NCBI GenBank assembly: GCA_946624925.1
Contig: CAMOSO010000040.1
Location: 1,404-65,403, forward strand
Direction of reading: 5' to 3'
Length of the DNA: 64,000 nt
DNA from: an uncultured Bacteroidales bacterium
GTDB taxonomy: Bacteria > Bacteroidota > Bacteroidia > Bacteroidales > UBA3824
The stretch's first letter is position 1. Each line of letters begins with the position of its first letter. The notes under the pieces are model-generated. The model made no database searches. It was not told the origin of the DNA and was given only the letters and a program-made list of their open reading frames with translations. Position numbers and translations under genes: made by a program. This document shows, in pieces, positions 18,346 through 28,616 of this stretch.

Positions 18346-19093
18346 AATATCAGTAGTAATCAACACCTACAACGCCGAAAGGCATTTGGAGAAAGTATTG
18401 CAAGCGGCAAAGAATTTCGACGAAATTGTGGTCTGCGATATGGAAAGCACCGACCACACAGTTGAAATCGCCCAACGGTATGGTTGTAAGGTTGTTACGT
18501 TTCCCAAGAAAGATTATGTTAGCGCGGAGCCTGCACGCAATTTTGCTATTCAATCGGCTTCGTCATATTGGGTTTTGGTGGTGGATGCAGATGAACTTAT
18601 CACTGAGGATTTGCGCAAATATCTGTATGACAGGATAAAAGATGAAAACTGTCCGGCAGGTTTGTACATTCCACGCAAAAATTATGTAATGAACAAGTTT
18701 ATCAAACAGACCTATCCCGACCCGCAACTGAGGTTTTTTAAGCGTGAAGGCTCCAATTGGCCGCCATACGTCCACACTTTTCCCTCGGTGGACGGCGCGA
18801 CCGAAAAAATACCTTTTCAGCGTATGGAACTCGCCCTCATTCATATCAGCGATACGGTGTATGATCAATTATACAAAATGAATCAATACACTGAAAACGA
18901 AGTAGTTAAGAAACAGGGCGACAAAGTGGGAATGTTCAAGATTTTCATAAAATGCACCCACAGGTTCATCAAGAGTTTCATATTAAAAGGTGGCTTCAGG
19001 TATGGCATCCGTGGTCTTGTGTACGCTATCAACGCCGCTAATTACAAGTTTTACACGATGGTGAAAATTTGGGAGCGGCAGAATACGGTGTAA
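18335..19093 (+). CDS. Glycosyltransferase family 2
   Basis: ISVVINTYNAERHL and VVDADE (DXD) motifs. The ATG at 18335 overlaps the upstream stop (the track start at 18332 is a GTG). Confidence 0.85.
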   Translation: MKDKISVVINTYNAERHLEKVLQAAKNFDEIVVCDMESTDHTVEIAQRYGCKVVTFPKKDYVSAEPARNFAIQSASSYWVLVVDADELITEDLRKYLYDRIKDENCPAGLYIPRKNYVMNKFIKQTYPDPQLRFFKREGSNWPPYVHTFPSVDGATEKIPFQRMELALIHISDTVYDQLYKMNQYTENEVVKKQGDKVGMFKIFIKCTHRFIKSFILKGGFRYGIRGLVYAINAANYKFYTMVKIWERQNTV

Positions 19094-19162
19094 GTGTATA
19101 ATCGTTAGAAAAGCCATGAAACAATTAGATTTTTTGCTCAATTTATAAAACATTTTTGAATT

Positions 19163-20032
19163 ATGACGATAATGTATTTCACTATTGGTGACAGTCTCGA
19201 TATGTATGTCCAGGCGTTTTTGTCTATTGAGAGTTTCAAAAGGCAGATTGGCGAAAGTGACGTGATTGTTGCCGTAACGACCAATCCGGATTTTTTCAAA
19301 GGGTTAGATTACGTGAAGACCGTTGTAATAGACTGCGATACAGTGACGGAGTGGCGTGGCGAACACGATTTTTTCTGGAGGACAAAAATTAAGGCGATGG
19401 AGCGGGTTTTGGCGTTGTATCATGACGACGATTTGGTCTATCTCGACTGCGACACCTTTTTGTACGGCGACGTCAACGAAATGAAACGCCTTCTCAATTC
19501 GGGTTGCGGATTAATGGATGGCAACGATGGTCACCCGAGCAGGATTAAATACAAGCCCCAAAAGATGTACAAAAAAGTAGGCGGATGCTCGTATGCGGGC
19601 ATTACAATTTCCGAAAAACACGATATGTGGTGCGCGGGCGTGGTTGCAATTCCGCGTGAAAAAAGCCGCGCTGTGTTAGAAATGGCACTTTCAATCTGCG
19701 ACGGCATGCTTGACGATGGCGCAGAACCGATAGTGGTGGAGCAATATTCGCTCAGCGTCGCCATGTACGAGAACACACGACTGACATCTTCCAAGCCGTA
19801 TGTGGCGCACTACTGGAGCAACAAATCGCAGTGGATTGAAATCGCGAAAGACATGATGGCGAAGTCGATATTGACAAAGGCGAATTTTGTGGACGAAATT
19901 GATGCGTTCATAGCTTCCTCGATAAAGAGCGTCCCTGTTTATGTAAAAAAACATAACACAAACCGCAAGTTGAAAAGCCTTGTGGACAAGTACTTTGGGG
20001 ACGACAGCCAGCAATATGTGGAAGGTGTATAA
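19163..20032 (+). CDS. Hypothetical protein, possibly a GT-A fold nucleotide-sugar transferase
   Basis: 289 aa with a YLDCDTF (DXD-like) motif. It is embedded between glycosyltransferase genes, and I do not recognise a confident family. Confidence 0.4.
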   Translation: MTIMYFTIGDSLDMYVQAFLSIESFKRQIGESDVIVAVTTNPDFFKGLDYVKTVVIDCDTVTEWRGEHDFFWRTKIKAMERVLALYHDDDLVYLDCDTFLYGDVNEMKRLLNSGCGLMDGNDGHPSRIKYKPQKMYKKVGGCSYAGITISEKHDMWCAGVVAIPREKSRAVLEMALSICDGMLDDGAEPIVVEQYSLSVAMYENTRLTSSKPYVAHYWSNKSQWIEIAKDMMAKSILTKANFVDEIDAFIASSIKSVPVYVKKHNTNRKLKSLVDKYFGDDSQQYVEGV

Positions 20033-20050
20033 CTTTAAAAAAAAACATAT

Positions 20051-21196
20051 ATGAAGATTCTTTATGATTATCAGGGCTTTAGTGGAAAATATTCTGGCAT
20101 CTCGAAATGTTTTGTCGAGTTGATTGCTAATTTACCACGAGAAACAGAGTTCCATGTTTCCATAAAAGATAGCGAAAACTATCATCTTTTGGATAAAAAA
20201 ATTTGTGATGTCAACACAGAAATATCTGATATGAGGAATTTTATATCGGATAAGAACTTCTTTCTAAAGCGTAAGCTTTACAAGATGTATGCTAAATGTT
20301 TTCCGAGCCATACAAGTGATGGCAGGAATAAACTCTATTCTGTTGAGTGCCTGAAGAAAGGTGATTTTGACGTCTTTCATCCGACCTATTTCAATCCCTA
20401 TTTCCTTGATTACATTGGCAATAAGCCTTTTGTAATCACTATTCATGACATGATTCCTGAGACCTTTCCCGATATGTTCAAGCATGATTGGCAGGTACGA
20501 GAAAAGGCTCGTCTTGCCAAATTGGCAGCCCATATCGTTGCTGTTTCAGAATGTACGAAGCGCGACATCGTTAAGTTTTTGAATATTCCAGAGGAGAAGA
20601 TTTCTGTTATTTACCATGGTGCGCCAGAGGTTGTGGATTATCCAAAAGCTCCTGTATTTGACTTCAAATACCTTCTTTATGTAGGTGTTCGTAGCGGCTA
20701 CAAGAATTTTCAGCCGATGTTGAGTAATATTGGTGGCTTTTTGAAACAAAATGACATTAAATTGGTCTGCACTCACTGTGATTTTGACAAGTCCGAGCAA
20801 ATGCTTATTAAGAAGCTTGGTCTTGAAAATCATGTCGTTCATGTATTCGCCGATGATAATGAGTTGAAAAATCTTTATCATAATGCGCTTGCCTTTGTTC
20901 AACCATCTTTGTATGAGGGTTTTGGCATTCCGATATTGGAGGCATATCAGTATGATTGTCCCGTTTTCCTAAACGACAAGAGTGTTTTTCCGGAGATTGC
21001 CAAAGAGGCTGCGGTATTTTTCACACTTGATGAATCCGTACACGATTTGGATTCAAAGCTTGAGATGTTTCTTGCTTATAGCGACGGACAGAAGCGTGAG
21101 CTAATCGAAAGGCAAAGAAATCGGCTTATGGATTTTTCGTGGAAGAAGTCGGCTGAGAAGCTCAATGATGTATATCTTTCTGTTGCAGGACGATAG
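20051..21196 (+). CDS. Glycosyltransferase family 4 (group 1)
   Basis: 381 aa with the QPSLYEGFGIPILEA motif. Confidence 0.85.
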   Translation: MKILYDYQGFSGKYSGISKCFVELIANLPRETEFHVSIKDSENYHLLDKKICDVNTEISDMRNFISDKNFFLKRKLYKMYAKCFPSHTSDGRNKLYSVECLKKGDFDVFHPTYFNPYFLDYIGNKPFVITIHDMIPETFPDMFKHDWQVREKARLAKLAAHIVAVSECTKRDIVKFLNIPEEKISVIYHGAPEVVDYPKAPVFDFKYLLYVGVRSGYKNFQPMLSNIGGFLKQNDIKLVCTHCDFDKSEQMLIKKLGLENHVVHVFADDNELKNLYHNALAFVQPSLYEGFGIPILEAYQYDCPVFLNDKSVFPEIAKEAAVFFTLDESVHDLDSKLEMFLAYSDGQKRELIERQRNRLMDFSWKKSAEKLNDVYLSVAGR

Positions 21197-21205
21197 TTGT
21201 AGTCG

Positions 21206-21919
21206 CTATTTGCCCCTCAGTTTGGCGTACAAATATACGAAATAAAGGCGTGGAAGAAGTCTCACTTTGTTTATGATGTTATCATGCTCATTAACAACGT
21301 TGATGTTTTCTTTCAGGCCTTTTGAGCGCTTGGTGTTGGAGACGCCAGTTGTGTCGAATATTGCGATTGGTATATTCAATTGTTTGAATGTCTTATTGTT
21401 GAGAGTCAATATTTTAAAGAAATTGAAGTCTGCAGACATTTTGTATTTCGTGTCGAAAGGGAATTGTCTCAGACATGTGAGTTTTGTAAAACAGCTTTGA
21501 TGACAAAAATACATTTTGTGGGCGTTGTGCGGTTTTTCAGCTGGTTTTATTTTACCGTTTTTGATGACATCGCCGTATATGACGTCCGAATCGTATATTT
21601 TGTCTTTGAATATTTTTTCAAGAGTTGTAGCATCTGCAAACAGGTCTCCTGCATTCAAAAAGATGACGTAATCACCTGACGACATTTTCACGCCCTTGTT
21701 CATAGCGTCATAAATTCCTTGGTCTGACTCTGAAACGTATTTTGTAAGTTTCCCCTCATAGTTTTTCAGGAAATCTAGTGTGCCGTCCGTAGAATTGCCA
21801 TCAATGACAATATATTCATAATTTGTATACGTTTGGGAGTCAACGCTTTGCATAGTTTTTTTTAACATTTCCAAAGAGTTGAAACATACGGTAATCACTG
21901 ATATTTTTTGTTCTGTCAT
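21206..21919 (-). CDS. Glycosyltransferase family 2
   Basis: ISVITVCFNS...IVIDGNSTDGT...LNAGD motifs. Confidence 0.85.
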   Translation of the reverse strand: MTEQKISVITVCFNSLEMLKKTMQSVDSQTYTNYEYIVIDGNSTDGTLDFLKNYEGKLTKYVSESDQGIYDAMNKGVKMSSGDYVIFLNAGDLFADATTLEKIFKDKIYDSDVIYGDVIKNGKIKPAEKPHNAHKMYFCHQSCFTKLTCLRQFPFDTKYKMSADFNFFKILTLNNKTFKQLNIPIAIFDTTGVSNTKRSKGLKENINVVNEHDNIINKVRLLPRLYFVYLYAKLRGK

Positions 21920-21926
21920 TTTTTTG

Positions 21927-22955
21927 TTATTGAGCGAGGGTTTTTTCTACAACTTTCTGTATGTCAATATCATTCAGACACTTATATTTTTCTTTGATGC
22001 GACATTCCTTATTGCCGTAGATTGAGCATGGGCGGCAGGGCAAGTCGATTTGCATGGCGTCGTCGAGGCTTTGACCGTAGCCGAGGAAACCGGCGGCGGG
22101 ATGCGTCGCGCCCCAAATTGACACTGTGCGTGTGCCAACGAGGGATGCCAAGTGCATATTTGCGCTGTCCATGGAGACCATGCAGTCGAGGTTTGAGATG
22201 AGGATGAGTTCGTTTGAAAGTCCGCCAAGTTTGCCAGCCGTGCTGATGGTCTGTGGATATTTGGTTTGCCAATTTTCAAGGATCGCCTTCTCCTTGTCGC
22301 CTGCGCCAAACAGGAACACTTTTGCGCCTTGTTCAGTGAGCGATTTTACGAGGGCTTCGGTCTTTTCCAATGGCATGATTTTGCCTTTGTGGGCGGCGAA
22401 GGGCGCGATTCCAATCCAACGGCAAGATTTTTCGCCGGTGATTGCAGAGACTTCCGCCGGTAATGTTGTGTCGCTGAGGATTGAATGAAAATCTATCTCG
22501 AAATCAAATCCCAATTGCTTCAATACGGCTTTGTAACGCTCTATTGTCGTAGTCAAGGCTTCGCATTTCATCGCGCCTTTATTGATGAGGCGGCGTTTTT
22601 CGGAGCGGCCTTTGTCGATTTTTATAGTTTTAATCGAACTGAACAAACTCCTGAACCTCAGATACTTGGTGCGCAGGACGTCGTGGAAGTCGGCGTATGC
22701 GTCGATTTTCCAAGAACGGATTTCTTTGTAGAGGCGATTGAGCCCGGCGATGCCTTTGTAGTCTTTTTTGAGGTCGATGCCAACGAAACGCACGTTGCTG
22801 GGGCAGGTCGCAAACATAGGCGCAAAATTTTTGCGGCTTAGAAATGTGATTTCCAAGTCGTTATATTTTTTCGCCAACGACCACACCACCGGCACGCACA
22901 TAGCCACGTCGCCCATCGCCGAGAATCGTGTTATCAATAGCCTTTTGATTTCCAT
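21927..22955 (-). CDS. Glycosyltransferase family 9 (LPS heptosyltransferase-like)
   Basis: 342 aa with LLITRFSAMGDVAMCVP at the N-terminus and SMDSANMHLASLVG near the C-terminus, typical of GT9. Confidence 0.85.
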   Translation of the reverse strand: MEIKRLLITRFSAMGDVAMCVPVVWSLAKKYNDLEITFLSRKNFAPMFATCPSNVRFVGIDLKKDYKGIAGLNRLYKEIRSWKIDAYADFHDVLRTKYLRFRSLFSSIKTIKIDKGRSEKRRLINKGAMKCEALTTTIERYKAVLKQLGFDFEIDFHSILSDTTLPAEVSAITGEKSCRWIGIAPFAAHKGKIMPLEKTEALVKSLTEQGAKVFLFGAGDKEKAILENWQTKYPQTISTAGKLGGLSNELILISNLDCMVSMDSANMHLASLVGTRTVSIWGATHPAAGFLGYGQSLDDAMQIDLPCRPCSIYGNKECRIKEKYKCLNDIDIQKVVEKTLAQ

Positions 22956-23560
22956 TACTTTGTGCCGTAGAGTACGGGGTTGAGGTTGGGGTCGTTGTAC
23001 ATTTTCATCTGTTTATAGACCTTCATGTACTTGCGTCCGGCTTTTATGTCGTCGAGAAGTTGGTCGATGGCAGTGCCGAGGTCTTTTTTCTGTTCGAGGA
23101 GCACGTCGAGTTTTTTCTGACATTGAGCCTTGTGTTCTGGCGTGGTGTCGGTGCGGTCTGCCTGTTCCTTCATGTGATAAATCTTGAGCGCGAGGATGCT
23201 GTAACGATCCATAGCCCAAGCCGGCGATTCGGTGTTGATTGTTGCGCCGTCTGCGGGCTTCACGTCCTTGTATGTGTCGAGGAAATAACTGTCGATGAGT
23301 TCCACGAGGTCGGTGCGATCCTGGTTGCTCTTGTCGATGCGGCGTTTGATTTTCAAAGCCTCCACGGGGTCTATCTGCGGGTCGCGGATGATGTCTTCCA
23401 AGTGCCACTGAACGGTGTCTATCCAGTTTTTGAGATAGAGATAGTATTCAATGGTCTTTGTCTCGTATGGATTAGAGATTGGCGTGTCCACGTCGTCGTG
23501 CTTGTGATAGTCGGCGATGGATTGCTCAAATATTTTCCAAGATTTTTCTGTGAGTGTCAT
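22955..23560 (-). CDS. DUF4254-like protein (conserved partner of GT9 genes in Bacteroidota)
   Basis: 201 aa with a WHLEDIIRD motif. The stop overlaps the GT9 start by 1 nt. The family assignment is from memory only. Confidence 0.55.
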   Translation of the reverse strand: MTLTEKSWKIFEQSIADYHKHDDVDTPISNPYETKTIEYYLYLKNWIDTVQWHLEDIIRDPQIDPVEALKIKRRIDKSNQDRTDLVELIDSYFLDTYKDVKPADGATINTESPAWAMDRYSILALKIYHMKEQADRTDTTPEHKAQCQKKLDVLLEQKKDLGTAIDQLLDDIKAGRKYMKVYKQMKMYNDPNLNPVLYGTK

Positions 23561-23640
23561 GCTTTTCGTTTTTTTATTGTTGACGGCGCAAATTTAATAA
23601 TTATTTGGCAAATTTAATCAATAAATGTCTAAAAAAAATC

Positions 23641-25575
23641 TCACTCTTTTATTGTCAGGTTGTTTTCAATCATTCTGACGTGATATTGTTGGATTTCAGC
23701 CTTTAAGAGGTCGAGCATTTTGGTTTCAATGTCGGGAAATTTGCCGATGAGGTTGTTTTCCAACATGATGTCGTCGTCGGGGATAAAAAATCCTGTTTCC
23801 TTCGTTCCGTCAAATTGCAGGAAATATTTGTCCATGGAAATTTGGTACAGCGGCTCACTGAAATTGACCACGTAACCCGTTGTGTCAGAGTTATTAAAGT
23901 ATGAATTTCCAAACGCAATGTATGGCTTGTCGTAATTCAAATAATCCAAAATTGTAGGCGTGATGTCTGCCTGACAAAACAGTTTTTCTGACATTTTTTT
24001 GATGCCGCCCGGCTGGTAAATCAAAATTGGCACTTTGAAAACGTTGCGGTCGGTCGTGTATTCACGGCTGAGGGTTTGGTTGGTGTGGTCGGCGGTGATG
24101 ACGAAAAGTGTGTTTTCATACCACGGATATTGTTTCATCCTGTCAAAAAACAGCCGCAGAGCGTTGTCGGTGTATTGTATGCACTTTGTGATTGGCTGAG
24201 GCCCTTCGGGAAAACGCTCTTTGTATTTTTCAGGTATGCGGAACGGGTTGTGTGAAGTGGCTGTGAAACAAGCGGTTACAAATGGCTGTGGTATTTCGCC
24301 CATGCTCTTGGCGTAATATTGCAAAAATTCTTCGTCCCATATTGCCCAGTGTCCATCAAAATCGTCCATTGCATTGAAACTCTGGTCGTTGCAATATTCT
24401 GTCATGCCATAATAATCGTCGAAACCTGCCAACCTCGAAAAATGCAAAAATCCCATGCTGCCATTTGGTGCACCGTGGTAAAACGCTGAGTAATAGCCTT
24501 TTGACTTCAACAACGATGCCACGCTGTTTACCTTGTTGTTGGAGTACATGCTCATGAAAAAATGGTCGGTCAGGTACGGTATGCCAGCCAAAATGCTCGG
24601 CATTGCGTCGATGGATTTTCTGCCTGTTGCAAATGAATTGGTGAATGTAAGTCCCTGTTTATAAAGCGAATCGAGGAACGGCGTGTAGCCTTCATTGCCA
24701 TTGAAAAGTCCCGAATATTCCTTGCCGAAACTTTCTAAGATGATGATTACGACGTTCATTTTCTTAAACTCGCCGCGTGGGGTAGGGTAGTGGACGGGCG
24801 TGTAGATGCGCTCCAATTCGTCCGCCGAAAAATATTCTGGGTTAGAGAACGAAATCTTGCCCATCGTGCGCAGGATGCAGTAGGGCGTGTTGAGGACGAT
24901 GGCGGATTCGTTGCTCTTGCGGATGTATTCATTGGCGTTGTTCATGTTCATCGGGCGGTGGTCGTTGTCAATAATCAGGCTGCCGCGCAATCCCGCCATG
25001 AAAAAATAAATGCACAACAATGTCGCCGGAAGTGTTTTCAGGGCGTATTTCCGCACAGGAAAGTCTTCCGCGCTTACTTTGGGATTGTAATAAAATTTTA
25101 TAAGCACAAATATCAACGCCGCCGCTGCAAGCACCAAATACCAATAGTCAACCAATCCGCCGAAAAATATGCCGACGAGGTTGTTTTCATTCTGAAACTC
25201 ACTGAAAAACGAGAAGTTTGTGCGCCGTCCGTTGAATGGAAAAAACGCTGTATCAAACATATTTGCAAAAATTCCAATCGCAACTGGAATTATAAAAAAA
25301 TATTTGGCTATTTTGCGGTATGTCGCGTTCAATGAAAATTTGAATGGCATTATCATCATGAAAAACGCCACAGCCGTGAGGTAAAAAATCGCCGCAAAGT
25401 CGTATTTCATGCCGCCTTTGAAGAGCGTCAGGTAGTGCGAAGGCTCTATGTCGCCGTAAAAATTGGAGTTGGCGGCTATGAAAATTATCCTGCATATCAT
25501 CATCAACGCAAAGGCTATCAAGTAGTTGACGGCATATTGCGCGATGGGGTGTTTGATTATTTGTTTTATTGTCAT
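23641..25575 (-). CDS. LTA synthase/phosphoglycerol- or phosphoethanolamine-transferase family (sulfatase-fold) membrane protein
   Basis: 644 aa with about 5 N-terminal TM helices and an extracytoplasmic alkaline-phosphatase-superfamily domain (IIILESFGKEY, ITADH). Confidence 0.8.
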   Translation of the reverse strand: MTIKQIIKHPIAQYAVNYLIAFALMMICRIIFIAANSNFYGDIEPSHYLTLFKGGMKYDFAAIFYLTAVAFFMMIMPFKFSLNATYRKIAKYFFIIPVAIGIFANMFDTAFFPFNGRRTNFSFFSEFQNENNLVGIFFGGLVDYWYLVLAAAALIFVLIKFYYNPKVSAEDFPVRKYALKTLPATLLCIYFFMAGLRGSLIIDNDHRPMNMNNANEYIRKSNESAIVLNTPYCILRTMGKISFSNPEYFSADELERIYTPVHYPTPRGEFKKMNVVIIILESFGKEYSGLFNGNEGYTPFLDSLYKQGLTFTNSFATGRKSIDAMPSILAGIPYLTDHFFMSMYSNNKVNSVASLLKSKGYYSAFYHGAPNGSMGFLHFSRLAGFDDYYGMTEYCNDQSFNAMDDFDGHWAIWDEEFLQYYAKSMGEIPQPFVTACFTATSHNPFRIPEKYKERFPEGPQPITKCIQYTDNALRLFFDRMKQYPWYENTLFVITADHTNQTLSREYTTDRNVFKVPILIYQPGGIKKMSEKLFCQADITPTILDYLNYDKPYIAFGNSYFNNSDTTGYVVNFSEPLYQISMDKYFLQFDGTKETGFFIPDDDIMLENNLIGKFPDIETKMLDLLKAEIQQYHVRMIENNLTIKE

Positions 25576-25718
25576 TGTTAGAAGATTTTGTCGTGCAAAA
25601 TTAATGAAAATTTCGATTTAGTACAAATAATCATTTTGGAGTTGATATGTTGATTTTGTGTAGTTTAAGGCACGTTTTTTGTATTATAAAACCATGAACT
25701 AATTGCAACTAAAACGTA

Positions 25719-26099
25719 ATGAAACGCCTTATATATATATTAATCATCGGACTTGTTGTGTTGCTGTGCAGCTATTCGCTGTTTGGCACCGGGGAGGAGG
25801 TGTCCAAAAAAATCAACCAGTCCATCTGTCTCGGGCAGAGCGGCGCCATCGCCGAATATTTTGCGCCGGAGGTGTCGCTTGATTACCTCGGGTCAGAATC
25901 TATGTGTTCCAAGGGACAGACAGAGGTGGTTTTGCGTGAATTTTTCAGGCAAAATCGCCCCTCGCAATTCCTTTCCACCACTGGTAGCGGTCTCATCACA
26001 GGAAATTTGACCACCACCAGCGGTAAGTCGTATAGGGTGCGTTACATCCTAAAAAATGTTGATAATAAAGAAGTTATAACATATTTTTGTATTAATTAG
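25719..26099 (+). CDS. Small secreted protein (DUF4783-like)
   Basis: 126 aa with an N-terminal signal/anchor. The position next to nadC matches what I recall for DUF4783, but I cannot verify that. Confidence 0.45.
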   Translation: MKRLIYILIIGLVVLLCSYSLFGTGEEVSKKINQSICLGQSGAIAEYFAPEVSLDYLGSESMCSKGQTEVVLREFFRQNRPSQFLSTTGSGLITGNLTTTSGKSYRVRYILKNVDNKEVITYFCIN

Positions 26100-26129
26100 G
26101 GATTCTTTTATTTTTATATTTGGGCTACA

Positions 26130-26162
26130 CCGGGACATTAAAATTGATGTTCTGGTTTTTTT
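26130..26162 (+). terminator. Intrinsic terminator after the 25719 gene
   Basis: CCGGGACAT / ATGTTCTGG stem (9 bp including 2 G-U pairs) followed by T7. Confidence 0.55.
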
Positions 26163-26178
26163 ATTCGGCAATTTGTGT

Positions 26179-26186
26179 TATATTTG
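26179..26186 (+). promoter_or_regulatory. -7 box TATATTTG upstream of nadC
   Basis: Exact TAnnTTTG 40 nt upstream of the ATG at 26226. Confidence 0.45.
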
Positions 26187-26225
26187 CATCTTGAATAAAA
26201 TACTTTTTTTAATACCGAAAACAAT

Positions 26226-27080
26226 ATGGAAAATCTCGAATATCTCGTTGACGACCTCATCAAGATTGCCATTGCCGAAGACCTCGGCGACGGCGACCAT
26301 ACGTCGCTCTCCACAATCCCCGCCGACGAACAGGGCGCGGCTCAGCTCATCATCAAACAGGACGGCATCCTCGCCGGCATCTGGGTTGCCCTCAAAGTCT
26401 TCAATGCCGTTGACCCCGACCTCAAGGTTGAACTCTTTCTCAAGGACGGCGCACAGGTCAAGAAGGGCGACATCGCCTTCAAAGTCCGTGGCAAGGTCAT
26501 CTCAATCTTGCAGGCAGAAAGGCTGGTGCTCAACTTCATGCAGAGGCTTAGCGGTGTTGCGACGCAGACCCACATCTACGCTTCCAAAATCGCCGACCTT
26601 CATACAAAGGTGCTCGACACGCGCAAGACCACGCCGGGCATGAGGCTCCTCGAAAAACAGGCTGTCAAGATAGGCGGCGGCGTAAATCACCGCATCGGCC
26701 TTTTCGACATGATTCTCATAAAGGACAACCATGTCGATTTTGCCGGCGGCATCGAGAATGCAATCCGTGCGGCTCAAAACTATTGCAAGGCAAAGGGCAA
26801 GAATCTTGACATCGAGATCGAGACCCGCAACCTCGATGAAATCCGTCAGGCGATGGCTGTTGGCGGCATCCGCAGGATTATGCTCGACAACTTCGACGTT
26901 GAACAGACCCGCAAGGCTGTTGAACTCATCGGCGGCAAGTATGAAACTGAATCCTCGGGCGGCATCACTCTCGACACCCTCCGCGACTACGCCATGACAG
27001 GCGTTGATTACATCTCCGTAGGCGCATTGACCCACCAAATCAAGAGCCTCGACATGAGTTTGAAGGCGATTGAGGAGTAA
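26226..27080 (+). CDS. nadC: Nicotinate-nucleotide diphosphorylase (carboxylating) / quinolinate phosphoribosyltransferase
   Basis: 284 aa, collinear with NadC: DLGDGDHTS, ERLVLNFMQRLSGVAT, DTRKTTPG and KDNH. Confidence 0.95.
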   Translation: MENLEYLVDDLIKIAIAEDLGDGDHTSLSTIPADEQGAAQLIIKQDGILAGIWVALKVFNAVDPDLKVELFLKDGAQVKKGDIAFKVRGKVISILQAERLVLNFMQRLSGVATQTHIYASKIADLHTKVLDTRKTTPGMRLLEKQAVKIGGGVNHRIGLFDMILIKDNHVDFAGGIENAIRAAQNYCKAKGKNLDIEIETRNLDEIRQAMAVGGIRRIMLDNFDVEQTRKAVELIGGKYETESSGGITLDTLRDYAMTGVDYISVGALTHQIKSLDMSLKAIEE

Positions 27081-27213
27081 ATTAACATTTTTTAGATTCA
27101 TCTACACAATAATTTGCACACTATACTAACGAGCGGCACACAAAAACGCCCTCGTTGTACGTTATAATATAATTGCAATATTGTAGAACAAACTAATTTT
27201 GGAGGAAATTGAA

Positions 27214-28536
27214 ATGAAAACATTCATAAACACACTGAAGGGACTTGTAGCATTTGCCGTTGTTGCGACCTCCTTCGGCTCCTGCACAATCCTTCTCGCG
27301 CCCACTGCACCGAGCGTCTATATCGACGACGTTTATGGCATGAGGCCTGCCGCACAGGTTGTTACAGTGCAGCGCACCACAGCCCCCGCAAACAACAATG
27401 CGGACAACTCGCAGGGCTACTCCGACAATTCGCAGGGGTATTCAGACACCGATGTGTCGTCCTACGACAATAGCGGCGATACCTACGTTGACAACGGCAA
27501 CGTAGAGGACATCATCATCGACGACAGCTACACGGCTCGTATCTACCGTTTCCACCGTCCGTCCTACTGCCGCAGCTACTACGATGTATCCATCATTGAT
27601 CCTTGGTACAGCGACTGGTATTGGAGTTTTGGCTACCATTACTATTCACCCTACTGGTCATTCAGCTTTGGTATGCCTTACCACTATTCTTATTGGGGCA
27701 CACCTTATTATGGATACTCTTGGTGGGGTTATCATCATCACTACTACTCGCCGTATTATTACAGCGACTATTACTACTCGCCCTACCACCACCACAGCCA
27801 CTACTACCGTCATTTTGATGACTTCGACCGTTCATACGCCCGCACATACGAGCGCATTAACCGCAACAATGTGCCTTACTCCTACGGACATCGAGGTAGT
27901 AGTACAGGTAGTTACAACAGCCGTTATTACACAGGCAACAATGGCAGCAGTCATTCGAGCAGCCGTTCAGGTAGTGCAAACAACAACAATGGTCAGAGCA
28001 AGTCGCAGGGCAGCACGGCAGGCACTTCGAGCAGTCGTTCCGGCAATCATCAGACCGGCAGCTATTCTTCGTCGAGCCGTTCTTCTTCCAACAACAATGC
28101 AGCTACATCGTCCAGCAGTTCGTCGTCGCACAGGAGCGGCAGCTATTCGAGCAACGGTTCTTCCACCTCCAAGAGCAGCAACTCCTCTACGTCATCATCT
28201 TCTCGCAGCGGCAGCAGCAATTCTTCCCGTAGCGGCAGTTCGTCGTCCTATTCTTCCACTCCGTCGTATAGCAGCGGCAGCAGCACATCTTCACGCAGCG
28301 GCAGCGGCTCTTCATCTCGCAGTGGCAGTTATTCGTCAGGCAGCAGCACTTCCAAGTCGTCGTCGAGCAGTAGTTCGTCTTATTCGGGCGGCAGCAGGAG
28401 TGGCAGCAGTTCGTCGGGACGTTCATCGAGCGGCAGCTATTCCTCGGGTTCTTCGAGCAGGGGCGGCAGTTCGTCGTCATCGAGCAGGGGCAGCAGTTCG
28501 TCTTCGAGCAGCCGTGGTGGTAGTAGCCATAGGTAA
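27214..28536 (+). CDS. Lipoprotein with a Tyr/Trp/His-rich core and a ~210-aa Ser/Gly/Arg low-complexity tail
   Basis: The ATG at 27214 gives MKTFINTLKGLVAFAVVATSFGSC (lipobox). The core (about 27601-27816) reads WYSDWYWSFGYHYYSPYWSFSFGMPYHYSYWGTPYYGYSWWGYHHHYYSPYYYSDYYYSPYHHHSHYY. The tail is SSSRSGS-type repeats running to the stop. Confidence 0.7.
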   Translation: MKTFINTLKGLVAFAVVATSFGSCTILLAPTAPSVYIDDVYGMRPAAQVVTVQRTTAPANNNADNSQGYSDNSQGYSDTDVSSYDNSGDTYVDNGNVEDIIIDDSYTARIYRFHRPSYCRSYYDVSIIDPWYSDWYWSFGYHYYSPYWSFSFGMPYHYSYWGTPYYGYSWWGYHHHYYSPYYYSDYYYSPYHHHSHYYRHFDDFDRSYARTYERINRNNVPYSYGHRGSSTGSYNSRYYTGNNGSSHSSSRSGSANNNNGQSKSQGSTAGTSSSRSGNHQTGSYSSSSRSSSNNNAATSSSSSSSHRSGSYSSNGSSTSKSSNSSTSSSSRSGSSNSSRSGSSSSYSSTPSYSSGSSTSSRSGSGSSSRSGSYSSGSSTSKSSSSSSSSYSGGSRSGSSSSGRSSSGSYSSGSSSRGGSSSSSSRGSSSSSSSRGGSSHR

Positions 28537-28616
28537 ATATTCATTTAACAACGGAAGATATGAAAAATTCTTCCGTTGTTAAAAATATAATAAACAATTA
28601 AAGAAATAGAAAAGCT

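Noticed and set aside
26115-26122. An extra TATATTTG box directly after the 25719 gene stop and just before its terminator
   Set aside because: It would give a transcript of only a few nucleotides before the hairpin. It is most likely a chance match in AT-rich intergenic DNA.
27584-28582. A 332-aa alternative-frame ORF and a minus-strand ORF (28187-28480) over the Ser-rich gene
   Set aside because: These are artefacts of the AGC/TCG-rich low-complexity repeat, which stays open in several frames. Only the 27214 frame has a start context and a lipoprotein signal.
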